From: Phoronis australis
Taxonomy: Eukaryota; Animalia; Phoronida
Assembly: GCA_002633005.1 (NCBI GenBank)
Contig: NMRA01000334.1
Span: 338,516 to 402,515 of the forward strand
Reading direction: 5' to 3'
DNA length: 64,000 bases
This document shows, in pieces, positions 51,701 through 64,000 of the stretch (position 1 is its first letter; each line of letters opens with the position of its first letter). Position numbers and translations under genes: made by a program. Under the pieces are notes generated by a model. That model was not told the origin of the DNA. It made no database searches and was given only the letters and a program-made list of their open reading frames with translations.

Positions 51701-52119
51701 TTCGGCAGGTGAAACATTTCAATAAAACGGGGGAATATCTATGTTCTTTAAAAGAAAACAGTGATTGGTTGACTTGCATTTTATGTCTGTCACAAGATGG
51801 AAGAAAATGACAATTTAAGATAAACTCATTAATTGAAGGGTGGTAATAATGGACAAAAGACATGCAAAACATCAAATTTATGGCACGCCTGCATACAAAG
51901 GTCACCTGAGCACATACGATGAAGACAAGGCACCCAGCCAATGCAACAAAAACATGCGCAAAATCTAGTAGTGCAATTTTTCACTCGTGTGGAATGAACT
52001 GGGGTCATTATAGGGACCAATTTACTTAGCTGTAAATTTTTAGCAGCACTTACATGAGCTTACCACTAAGCAATACCGACTCTAGTTTACAATGAAGCAA
52101 CCCCTGAGGATGTAATAAA

Positions 52120-52940
52120 TATAGAATCCTACACTGATCTCAGGTTTATTACATGGGCAAAACCGCTTGGAAATTTCGTCAAAATGATGCTTGTTGATGG
52201 ATTTTTGACGAAATTTCCAAGAGCTTTTGCTCATGTCATGAAATCGAGACGAGGGTTCAATGGATTTGTTTTCTCAAATGAACCTCAAAAATGATCATTT
52301 TTTGCCGAAACACTCGACGTGTTTAAAACTCAACCACATGACGCAACTTTTGTATAAACACGCTTGCGATATGTAAAGTAATTCAGTTACTTTTGTTAAC
52401 AGTTTTATTTTATGCTTAACAATTGTGAATTGCATTCAGCTTTCGTAGCTTTTATTCAAGTTAGAATCTAATAAATAGTCTTTGAAGGTGTAATATTAAA
52501 ACTTAAGAAATGTTGATAAATAACAGTCAGCAAGTCTTCCCTGCGCGTAAGTACTGAATTGACCTTGAGACACCACAACTAGACAGTCTCGCCGCGTTTC
52601 TTGATTTGGGGCTCGTCTCCGTTTGAATGAACGTGGACATGGAATTCTCCGCCAAAGATGGGTACCTTCAAGAAGTTTTTTGCATGTCCTTCCGACTGGA
52701 ATTACGTACAATTGTGACACCCTATTTGCCAATCATAACCTTGTCACCTTCTCGGCATTGTTTGGTTGGCGCGCGTTTGGTTGTTTTAGTGTTTTGCAGG
52801 CGATAAAATTTAAGGCGTATGGATGCCTTCTTTGAACACCTTTGTGATTTGCCCATGTAATATCAAAAAATTACGTACTCGGCGTTATTAACCAATCGTG
52901 TTGTAATACATTCCAGGTCATGTGAGAAGTAAAGATTATT
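52120..52940 (-). mobile_element. Family B repeat, uninterrupted inverted copy
   Basis: Reverse complement aligns to 44734-45013 plus 46318-46841; hairpin at 52141-52245. Confidence 0.88.
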
Positions 52941-53074
52941 ACATAGCGAAGTCGTTATAGCCCGTAATCTAGAGCCCCAGTGGATTTTGCAGAATTATCG
53001 CCCAAGGGGCGTTAGCCCCGAAGGCAATAGTTCTATAAAATCAACGAGAACTCTAGCAAAGAGGGATAACGACT
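52932..53074. repeat. Palindromic repeat (agtcgttat...ataacgact)
   Basis: Imperfect inverted arms around ~53012; left half shared with 42622-42693. Confidence 0.65.
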
Positions 53075-55373
53075 GAGAACATGTACGTTTAATAATTTAT
53101 TTATGCTACATACTGAACGAGAAACATTGCAATGAATCGATCTACCTTTCTCGACTCACCTAGTCGGCTTTTGTAACTACTTTCTATGCCAGAGGCTAGT
53201 GCTCGGTTGGATGAAATATTCCTTAAATGTAAGAGATATACTTAAGTGTTAGAGACGACCCTAAATTTTAGGGACTGTTGCATGAAAAGCTCCCAGCTAG
53301 AATAGACATTAAATAGGGACTCAACTTTTGGGGTTACCTTAAGAAAGTCCCTAAGTTTAGTCCCTAACAATTAAATGGCTGACCAAGCTCATGTTGCTGT
53401 TGAAAAAAGAATTTTCCGTGACAAAAGTAACCCACTGTAGACGTTTAGCGACAATGAGCTTATTGAAAGATTTATATTTTCTAGAGATGGGATATTCATA
53501 ATAGTTAGAAAGCGTGAAAAGAAGCTGCAGTTGTCGAACAGGATTGCGTGATCTCACCCACTGCCCTGGGGTCGGAGGTCGTAAACTTATAAGAAACGCG
53601 AGAAGTGAAACACAATAGAAATAAAATGAATCTGTAAAATATTTTTAAGCGACTAGTCTACCTTACTACACATCTTATGCTAAGCTTCCACCGTAAAAAT
53701 ATTGCGTGCTAAAATAGGTTACCACTGGTTACTGAGTATAATGTCCAAGTCTAAGCATCCCAACGACATGTTACTCGCTTTCAAACTGGAGAACGATGAT
53801 TTACAAGTGAGAAAATGACAGATGAATTTTGCAGAATTAAAGATGTTTTATTGAAATTGTGCATCTTATTTTTCATAGCGTACAAATTTCGGTACATTGC
53901 CGTTTGTTGAACGTACGGTAGTTGAGCGTGCTCATTTATTTAAGTACATGTATTATATTTTCACGTTCGATTACGTCAGCTGCTGAGAGGTGCAGTGGTA
54001 AAGTCGACGACTCGAAACTCTTTCAGAGCGGCCACGGTTTCCCGTCAAAATGTTATTCAACGCGCGTTGAATAACTAAATGGGTTGTTTAACGGTTGTAT
54101 TGGCCATTTCAAGCTGAAAATGTGGTATAAGACCCCATATTTTATGGCCATCCATGTGACGACAAACTAAACTACTACAGATATCGATAAACAAATAAGT
54201 TATGATACGTTGTTGGATGACTGAGAAGGAACGGAAAGTGATGAGAATTTATAGAAAAATCGGATGAAAAATAAGTTGAAGAGAAAATATGAACGATAGC
54301 ATGCAACTGTTGTGTTGCAACGAGACAAAGAAATCACGTGCTACAAATAAATCATTAATGGAAAACCAAAAGGGGTCACTGACCCAAGAATCAAAACAAT
54401 ATGATAATTAGGACGTGGCAGTATAGCTTACATAAAATAATTAAATACTGAAATAATATTTTTAGCGCACGAAAGACAGGTAGTGCGCCGTATATACGGG
54501 TAGTATGGAAATAATACACTTTTACTTGAACACTATAAACTTTCTGCGAATCGTCTGCCTCTCTAATCATACATTTCTATATTATGTCATCCTTGCAATA
54601 TTATTTGCATCCTCGCACCCAAATCTCCGAATCATTTGAGATGAATAGGACGTCGGGCAAAATATTTCATGTTTTACATGTTATTGGTAGGACGTTTTTG
54701 TAGCAAAAACTGATTACCTTTTCCCAGCTGAAACATTGTTTCCTCCGATTTCAGTCAATTGTTTTGAGTAGGTGTCGCGGGGTAAAATGAACTTAACTTT
54801 ATTTACTCCTTATCCCGACTAGCCAAACAACAAAGGTCATACTCTCATACACAAATCTCGCGGATATATAACATCTGGTCACTGACTTACCAACAAGGTC
54901 CTGCGCTTTTAAAACAAGGCTTACGCAACCCAAATCACAACAGACCGATCCACTCGACTATAGAACCACGTGTATGACAACAAAGAGCGTGAGTCGTGTT
55001 TGCAGTTCAGGATCTGAGCTATTGGGCGTGTGTGTCGTGTTTTACGAGTGCTGGAACGTGTTTGTTGGTTATTGACGTGGGTTTACATGCCCTGTGCCGA
55101 ATTCAAGAGTGCGAAGAATCTTCTACTGTGCTTCAAAGGCACGTTAACGTTTTCGGTAACTGTGATTTGTGTGTTCGCTGACGTTCATGCTGTACGCTTT
55201 TGTTACAAGAAAAATGTGTTAAAAATGCACACCAGCGTTTTACGGAATAGTTTACGTGAAAATAGTATTTTGTTGAATTGCGAATATGAAACTGAAGTGA
55301 AATAGCATGCCGAGTCAAAAACATGTCTACATGTACATGTATGTACACCTGTAGGCGTCTCCAACAGTTTTAA

Positions 55374-56907
55374 GGTAGGTGTATACACTGATCAAATCTC
55401 CAGGTTCCTAATTAAAATGAGTAAAAAGGGAGTTTTAACTAGTTAGACATGACTCTGAAAGTGACAAAAATCGAAAAAAAATGTTTTTTTGTAATTCGTT
55501 TTTTAAAAAATCGTATTTTTTGATTTTCAACAAATCCAATTTTACCTCGAATTTTTTTTCAAAATGCACAGGGATCATCATCAACTATTTCCTTACGCAA
55601 TATTCTACTTATCCATACCAAATATATGTACAAAATCATTATGATCTTGATTCTGTGGCATTTTTTTGTGTGTGAGTTGGGGCAAGCACGCCACTTTTTG
55701 TCATTTGGTCACTTTCCGTCTAATAACTAAAAATCTGGTCCATTTATCAAAAAACCCTGGCACGCGATTTTACTTCAGTCCAAGAGGATATCAAATTTGC
55801 AACTTTCGTTAAAATTGACCAACGTGTTGTATTCCAATATTATCATCAACCAATATATGTGTTATATCAAATCGCCGCGTTACTGCCTACATAACAATAT
55901 TGGCGACGAGGATAAAGAACTACTTTCATAGTAATGGTTCAACATTTTTACGTGCCTGTACCGAATGGAGTTTGGGATAAGAGAATGTCACTTTCTGCGC
56001 AAATAGCGCCGCTTGGGTGAGATTCTCAAGTTACTTAAGTTTCTTATATTGCTTTCCTCTAAAAGCGTATAATATCATGAGTTTTAATTCAGGGTTACGT
56101 TTGAATCTATGCACTAGAAAAATTTTTGTTATGTAGAACACTGGGTCATTTCTCTAATTCTTTGGGTTACGGCCAGTGGCAAGTTAGAAATCCTCTGGGT
56201 TTGACAGCCTAGTTTCTCCACGGCACGTTCCCAGCACAGAAGCACGGTTTATCTGCGAGGACTCTACTCTGACGGCATGTAGTCGTCCATGTGTCGCGCG
56301 CGCGGCTTGTCTTCACAGCGCGTGTATGCACTTTCACCGAATCGTGCAACACCACCCACGTCGACACTCTGCGTCCTCTCGCAAGACACCTGACCTTATA
56401 TTACCGACTTCTCTTATACATGCACAATTTCTGCACGGACTCCTCAAGCTGAGTGCAGTGATGGCTTCGGTAGGGCTTGTCAACTTAATTTTTTTGCAGA
56501 TAGACAAACTACAACAGGCCAGGCTCGGAACAGGAGCTAGTTCACTATTTCACTACTAACTTTCACATGGTCAAAAATAGAATTGTTTTATTCTTGGTCT
56601 TGCTACAACACCAACATCAGCTGGTACATCACTCTCGATTGCCCGGTTACGCAATGCTTGTTGACAGGGTTAGATTAAAGCTAGTGTCTTGTATATAAGC
56701 TCCGCCCCAGTTGTCAATCACTGAGCTGGTGAGCACTCAAGCCATATGACTTACTGAGGCTTGGTCAAATATAGCTAAAAAAACAACTTTGGATTTTCAG
56801 AATGATTTTATTTTTCTTCAGTATACTGTGCATCAAGAATTAAAGATTAGGATGATATGAAAATGTAAAAAACAGTCAAAATTAATTTTTTTGTGTATCC
56901 ACCTACC
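55374..56907. mobile_element. Non-autonomous Kolobok-type element (1534 bp)
   Basis: TTAA-GGTAGGTGTATACAC ... GTGTATCCACCTACC-TTAA (14/15 TIR match); TSD at 55370-55373 and 56908-56911. Confidence 0.88.
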
Positions 56908-57065
56908 TTAAGATGCCAAGACACATAGCCACGTGCATTCAGTTATGGGAAACCTTATAGAAAAGTCTGTGCAGCCAACAAAATATCTGCTTTTGAGTTT
57001 AACTTGAGAAAAGCACACATTTTTTGAAAGAAGAAATCCTATTGAATTTGATTGTTGATTTTGTA

Positions 57066-57500
57066 GGTCATGTGACTGTCTTTTTGTGAAATTTAACAAA
57101 TACTATCAATGGTACAAAGCAACGGTGTCAATAACATAATTGATGTAAATTTTATCGACGAAATCTCAAAAACCATGCTATAATTTCTTACGCATCATCT
57201 CATTTCCGTTTGAGGCAACTTTTCCCATCAAATCATCAAGATCCTATTTTTGATAGCCTCTCATGCAAAAATTTAAAAAGCAATTCCTTATACGGAATTT
57301 TGGATAACCATCCATAAAGCACAATACAGTATCTAAGTTTGAAATGAATCCGATCAGCCATTTGTGATATATGACATTCAGAAGTTAATCAGATTTGGAC
57401 ATTTTTCTAGGTTCATTCATACATCTAATTGAATAGATCGTTTCTGATTTCCAAGTCAATATTGTACCAGCTATCCGTCAACTGATTAGACAATAGCCAG
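57066..57500 (+). repeat. Diverged interspersed repeat, copy 2 (partner of 17075-17465)
   Basis: Colinear shared blocks including ATGAATCCGATCAGCCATTT. Confidence 0.65.
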
Positions 57501-57784
57501 TGGCGCACACTTCTTTGAGTAGGAAATACCCAGCAATTATTGGATTTCAAGTATCAAGGAATACTTGAAGGCACGTGTTGTACGTCCAAGTCTTCACTCC
57601 TAACTAATTTGTAATGCCGAAGTGCCACACCGGTGTTGGAAAGTTGTACAAGCATAGGTTTAATGCAACCGCGCAGCGGCTTTTTCTGTGTTTTAGGATA
57701 AGGCGTTGCCGTGAATTAAAGATGTCCGCTCCTTTGCGTTCACCAGTTCAGAACACAAGTTGAGTTTCACAAGTCGAAACATAC

Positions 57785-57946
57785 CAGGGGCGGATCAAGG
57801 ATTTTGGCTTAGGAGTAGGGGTGTAGGACAGAGTATTAGTCAGGATTTTGCCCGTCAAACATTCGCACCTCCGAACTGTCAAATGGCCGGAATCTGGCAG
57901 TTTTTTTTTGGGGGGGGGGCAAGGTGCCCCCCCAAATGCGCAACTG
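57785..57946. mobile_element. GC-rich hAT5-like MITE
   Basis: CAGGGGCGGATC left end, AATGCGCAACTG right end; flanks catac/gatac (4/5 TSD match). Confidence 0.7.
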
Positions 57947-58740
57947 GATACCACAAGAGTATGAACATTTCGTAACTTTCAGCCCTGTTGGTGTTTCCTT
58001 ATTTTAATACTAGTGTTTTTAAAGTTGGGCGGATTTTCCACGAAAACTTCATTACATATGGGTAGCTGTGCACGAGTAGGCTGTCACAACGGCGACTATC
58101 CTAGGTGGTGGTGCACCACAAAAAATAAATTAAACTAAAAATCATATTAAATTCTGTTAAGTTTGAAAGTATTTGTAGTTGCGTTCAGTGATTATTATTT
58201 GATTTAAAATCAGTTTCATGAAGTTTCCAGCTAAAATGAAGCTGAAAGAGTGTGCCTCATTTGGCTCAACAACGTGCGTGAAAACAGGCTGGGCTGCAAT
58301 GGAAAATGCTATTATGCAAGCTTTTCTTAGGTGTATCATAGAATGTACGTCAATGTTTACAAGTTATTACACTCACATGTTGTGTGATGTTCGCATTAGA
58401 TCAAATTTGTACGAAGTGGTCATGGCAAGAGCTCGGAGATGTATGATGTAGACAGCAGCGTACATGTAGCTGGAAAGTTTGTACACCCACCCATGAGAAC
58501 GTGAACTCGGAAAGAAAAAGGGTCCATTACAAGGAAGCGTCCATGAAAGAAATCGATCTATCGTAAAGATTTGAAACACAGTCTCTTTTGTAGAGCTCAT
58601 TCCGATAAACCAACTGTTTGGTATGGATCCACAAAAAGCTGTCACGTTAACCTATAAAGGTTGAGAAGGTACAAGAAGAGATGCCTGCGTGATTACAAAT
58701 GAGTTCACCTTTTGCAAACAAATATAATATAAAAATAATT

Positions 58741-58943
58741 GCAGGCGGTCTGATACACTTTCCAGACGTGCGCACGCCTCGAGTGGGGCCCATTGCACTG
58801 ATCACCTGGAAAGGTTTTTATGCTTTATTGATATATGGTTAAAACCGAGCTGAGGAGCTAGAAACCTGGCTCAAGGTGGGAATTGAACCCACGACCTCGA
58901 GTAAAGAAAGCGGACACTTATCAACCAGGCCACACTGCCTCCT
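58741..58943 (-). mobile_element. tRNA-derived SINE
   Basis: Minus strand ggcagtgTGGCCTGGTTGa...GGTTCAATTCC (A and B boxes); flanked by the direct repeat CTTTTGCAAACAAA...ATAATT at 58709-58740 and 58944-58970. Confidence 0.75.
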
Positions 58944-59568
58944 CTTTTGCAAACAAAGTAAAACATAATTAATTATATTAAAAACCTTTCTATAGATTTT
59001 TTGTTATCAGAAAAGGGACCCTGTTGTAGCATGGGAACTCCCTTGCAGTAAGTTAAGTTTGAAAAAAATCCCTTTTGAACTGAAGTTTTCCGCGAAAAGA
59101 ATACACATCTGAGTGGGACGTCCCATACATGTATGGCTCTTCTATGGGAGAATCCTGTGATAAGCTGAAACCTCATGACTGTTATCGTTGGGTGACGTCT
59201 CCGGGAAATTAAGCGACTCATCTCTTCGGGAAGTTGTTGCTTGCAATTCAAATGAATGGTTATGTCTATTCCAGGACATCCAATGCCACTTGGGGTTGGG
59301 TCTAACCTTTGTAATCGAAATCGAAACTCGAAATAATTTTTTGCATTTTCTGTTCTAAATGTACCTTTGTGTGAACTCAAGATAAGTGGCAATTAGTCTA
59401 TTATTGAGAATGTTATGGTATGCCAGTGTGATTCTAGAGCTAGTTTACTTTTGCTACTAAATAGAGTTTCAAGTTCAGAGTCGAACTCCTAGCCTTCAGT
59501 AATGCTGAGGCCATTAAATTCAAATTAGGAGTACAAATTAATTTACATGTACGCAGGACGGAAAACTA

Positions 59569-59707
59569 GGCTGCGTTTCTCAAACCCAAGACACTCGTGA
59601 GCAAATTTAAGAGCGGTAACGTTCTTCGCTTGTAATGCATGTCGAATCTCGCGAAGGCTTACGAGATCTTGCGTTTCACGGAATTCTTGCTCCTACGAAA
59701 CACAGCC
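59569..59707. mobile_element. Small PIF/Harbinger-like MITE
   Basis: GGCTGCGTTTC / GAAACACAGCC imperfect TIRs; TSD not evident. Confidence 0.5.
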
Positions 59708-62700
59708 ATGTAGAGATCAACTGCAAGTAGAAAGGAAAGGGGTTCTATGAAGATACAATAATATTGTTCAGTTTCGGATCAAATTTAACGAAAATTATAA
59801 TAAGTAACTTTAAGCAAACGTCACAGCCAAGCAAACAGTAACCAAGAACATACTTGCTAACTGTTTTGCACTCACGAAAAATGTTAGATGACCGAAGCAA
59901 CGTTTTACTTTCTCACTGGAAAGACTATTTTCAAAAATTTAAGATCCGCATTATTTCCATAGTGGCGTGATAACAAAAACGTCATGCAGGCTGCAGGCGC
60001 GAAGTGATTTGTACAGTGTTTTTCTCTGAAGAAAATAACCCATTCTGGGCTCAGATATTCAGAATCCAAAGGGGTAATAAATCAATAATCTTCTAGGCCA
60101 GGACCATAACCCCTTTATTAAGTTAGTTTTACACAGTCCTGCTGGTACAGTTCTATGGCTTATTCACAAAGAACTGCTTTCACTGACCTTGCGCGTCAAT
60201 TCCAAAATGCCTATTGTGCGTGACTGACACCCAAGATTTACAATCATCTGCAAAAATCTAAGCAACGGTGTGTATTAATTACTCTCTTAAGAGAGATGTT
60301 TTAATAAACATCACTATATTTGTCCTGCTGAGCATGTTTAGTCTTTTATGATGCAAATATGTGTCTTTGCAACAAATGTACTGTGGATGAAAGTAACTCA
60401 GACCGTCTTCAATTGCATCATCTCTTTAGAGTCATCTTTTGGAGTTTAAAGTCTTCTTTTAACCAAACAGCAACCAAACAAAAACAGAAACCCAGGAGCA
60501 GCAATAATTTATCTATAAATAGCAAATTGCAGTGACGTGCAAGGCCTAGTTTGAGGAAGTAACCTCTGAGGTGAACCAGTACGGATATTGTAGATTTTTT
60601 GAAATTCTCAAAAGAAGTAGACGCTTTCACCAAAACTGCACAGAAAAATTCTGAGACATGGTATTTCGAAGTTATCCGAATGTGGACAGTTTTGTATGGT
60701 AACCTTCAATGTATCTACCTTTATCTGACGTTATACTGAACTATGGTAATACCCGTATTATTAGGTTTCTATTCGACTCGGTCACGAGTAACATGCTCAG
60801 TTATTTGGCGTCGATCATATTATTTTAAGGGTGGTTATTTCGCACTGACTCTTTGTAAAGGCTTCTATGTCATCAGACTGGGGAACATTTCGAAAACGAG
60901 GCCATTTTGGTAAGTTTTCACCATACTAAGCTACGATCCACTTCTAATAAAGGTTATCCAAAAAGGAACAGAGAGTTGTTTTAGAGAGAAATAAGATATT
61001 TAATCGTAACAGTATATCTAAGAATGACCAATGGTTTCATCTTCGAGTTGTTCACTCAAATGTTAATAGAGATTGGGTGTGAGCCAATAAAAGGTGAAAA
61101 ACGCGCGGACAGTCACGGTATTGCGAGATTTAACTGTATAAATCACAAAATATCTTGAAACATCAACCAAATCCAACAATCGTTTATGATGCTATACGCA
61201 AACGTTTCGTTTTCTCATGATACACACATCTTCACGCATAATTTATTGAGAACTTTCATAATTGAAGGTGAAAATGAAAGGCTTTACAAAGCTAATGCAT
61301 ATCCAGTAATCCTGTCGGTGTTATTGTTTCGCCCAAATACGCGCTGTTAGGCTTCACCAAATAGCGGATGATCTTTAATTACTCAAGTATCAATTAAAGA
61401 ATATTTTGCGTGAAAAGAGAGCTTTATTTTAAATAGTAGACTGTAAAAGTGCTGATCCGGAGAGCACACTCAATACATTTGGCACTTAATTTGAGATGTT
61501 CTTGACGTTCACCACCGTGCCGGAACAGCCAAACTAAGGTCTAAATTCCAATTTCATCTATTGCATCAGGTAAAACCATAAATAATTGACGAAGGACTTT
61601 ATAAATATATGGTTATAATGCAATTCGGTTGAAAACGGCGGAGTTGCGGCAAGTTTTAATGACAGTAAATTCCATAGCAAGTACACACACCGGAACAAGT
61701 GAATGAAAACAACTCTCGCGCGTGCGTGGCGCAACGTCAGAGGCTATGAGATGGAATTCGAGGGCTGCAGTTCCATGGTTTTACACACGGTTCTCTGAAA
61801 CACTTTTAAGAACTGTTTCATATTTGAATGAGGGGATATCAAAAATATTATTCTTATGATTTCTGCGACTAAATTCGAAAGTTGCATAAAAGAAAACTGG
61901 AACACTCGTTTTGCGGTCTGATACTTAACATTCTATGAAATGAAAATTGTCCGCGTTATTGATAAAATTGTTTTGCCGATGAACGTACTTTTCGTTTTCA
62001 GTGAAATTTAATAACAATATGTGGTCACATGACCCAAAGATTGAGAGATAGGCATAAAAAGACAAACTCTGTCGGTTTTCTAGTTTCATAAAATCGATAT
62101 TTTTACATAGGTGAATTCTATTTATTCTAGATATTTGGCTAAACGCCAAAGTCTAGTCTATAAGGCCGTATAACCCTAAGCTAAAACACAGTCCAACATA
62201 TATTAATGTGGCTAGCAAACCCCGAATTTATAAGTTCTTCCAGGAATGTGGAATGTAATGACAGCCCCATGACTTTCATCAACACACTTACTGTCGGTCC
62301 AAGTTGAAATAGGTTTTGTCGAACAGAATAGAGCCGACGTCGCATGCGTCAGGTTTTAGAGCGCTTCGCAGCACAAACGCGAGACTGAAGTAGCAACGTG
62401 GCGACTGCTCATTTGAGACCGGATACCATTCGCCTCTAGAAGACGACTAGTCATGCTTGTTTTAAACGTATTACGGCTAATTACAGACACTGTAAATGGT
62501 GTCAAGAAGTCAAAATGTTTGCATATGCCAACTGATAAGCAGAGGATGTACCTTAAAGTAAAGCTAGGAGGCGATAAGTCGCCGGTCTCATGTGGTTCCC
62601 GAAAGTCTCCCGTTATGTTACATGCAAATTCTTGGTGGAACTGAACATGTATGCAAACTGCAACAAATCCAAATCGAGGAGACCTACATGTACCTAGCAA

Positions 62701-64000
62701 GCAATCAATTAACTCTACTCACCCTGTATTGCACAGTGTATGCCATGCAAAATATGAAACGCAAACCTCAAAAAGGGTTCAGTCCACCGAAAAACACGAA
62801 CTGGGACAACGGCATGTGACTTTTAAAGAACATAAGGACCTTGTTACTTAATGGAATTAAATTGGATTTGTGGGTATTGGGAAGAGATGTCTGTTAACTA
62901 TTATCCTGTACTTGTGACAAGAATGCGACTGGTCGGCTAGGCTTGCCAGGACGGAGCATGCGCGTAAGTGCCGAGCAATGATAAACAGTATTTATGAATA
63001 AATTAAGACGTGACCATTTTATGAGGTATGAATCAAAAGTAAACACTACGGGGTACTTAGGTGCTTCGTTTATTTAAACTTGATCTCGTAAATATCAAGT
63101 GGACAACTGAGGTACACGTAGTTCAAGGTAGCGCAGACCACATTTTTGAGAAGAGCAAAATCAGGCATCGCAAAATCACACTAGTTAACTGCTAGTGTTT
63201 CGGTGGCATTGTTTGGAGCTTACTAGCTTATTCTAGCAAAATGGCGGCATGTGAAATGATTAGACGGTGAGGTTGCAATGATGACTTGTCGTAATGAGGC
63301 TCAATAACAAATAAATTATGGGATATGATTTACAGTTTCTGCTGCATTGGCGATGATTTTTCATCCCAAGAGCAAGCTAATATATTAGGTCAGCAGAACA
63401 CAGTTGGGACTACGCATGGCGTGTTCTGACAACACATCCGAAACAGATTCAACAGGCATTATGTGTTTACACGCGCGAATGTTATCAAAACACAAAAATG
63501 TTCTTTGCTGTACGTGACAGGTTTGCAGATTTTTGAAATTAGGGATATTTTAAAATGGGGCTGTTCTAGGGGTTCTGATGGAAATGAAATGAAATTAATT
63601 ACTTCCTTTAAAGGTAATCGTCATACAAAATAAACGTCATTACCAACCTTTACAGAGTTGTTGAAGACGAAAACGGAGAAAAGCATGTTTTGCTTGTCAT
63701 CCTACTGTATATGTAGGATGGCAGCTCAACATTCAACACACAGGTTTATGACCAAATGTCCTCAGTTTTTCCCGGATCTCAAAAACATTTTTTTGATTAA
63801 TCGTCTTTTGTCAGGCCTGTTAGTGATGACGAGGATGGTGTGCATTTTATTGTCAACGTCCCACTAATCATGTGACATGTCAGCTGATTGCAAAGGAAGG
63901 TATGTGCAGAGGCTCATCGTGTGCAGTCACACCGTGACGTGCAGCTCAGCTACGCACAAACTGGACGCCCGGCAAATGCATAAGTATGGACTACAATTGA

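Noticed and set aside
662-57580. Scattered E-boxes and D-boxes suggesting a circadian locus
   Set aside because: D-box count looks compatible with chance, many E-boxes lie inside repeats, and no clock-gene exon is visible.
58868-58940. Possible tRNA gene
   Set aside because: A and B boxes are present, but the acceptor and anticodon stems do not pair; flanking direct repeats indicate a SINE.
60825-63612. Further TTAA-flanked elements (60825-62180 and 62848-63612)
   Set aside because: Putative TIR pairs match too weakly to support boundaries.

Overview
AT-rich, repeat-dominated eukaryotic DNA, most consistent with a marine invertebrate intergenic or intronic region (the taxon is an inference). 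I recognise no host protein-coding exon, rRNA, true tRNA or CRISPR array. The recognisable coding remnants are two decayed, convergent copies of a Mag-clade Ty3/Gypsy LTR retrotransposon (6181-8690 +, 10084-13409 -) and a THAP zinc-finger remnant inside TTAA-flanked Kolobok-type DNA transposons. The most striking structure is a four-layer nested insertion at 8810-14043: foldback palindrome > 5-bp-TSD hAT-like element > Gypsy element with ATTAC TSD > 155-bp MITE in the LTR. A second, three-layer nest lies at 44734-46841, and its empty site can be read from an inverted sister copy at 52120-52940. Also present are several MITE families, tRNA-derived SINE heads, microsatellites, a strong excess of the palindrome TACATGTA, and candidate promoters/first exons at 34.6-39.3 kb. 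All alignments and coordinates were read by eye, and I found no convincing novel biological system beyond these TE architectures.
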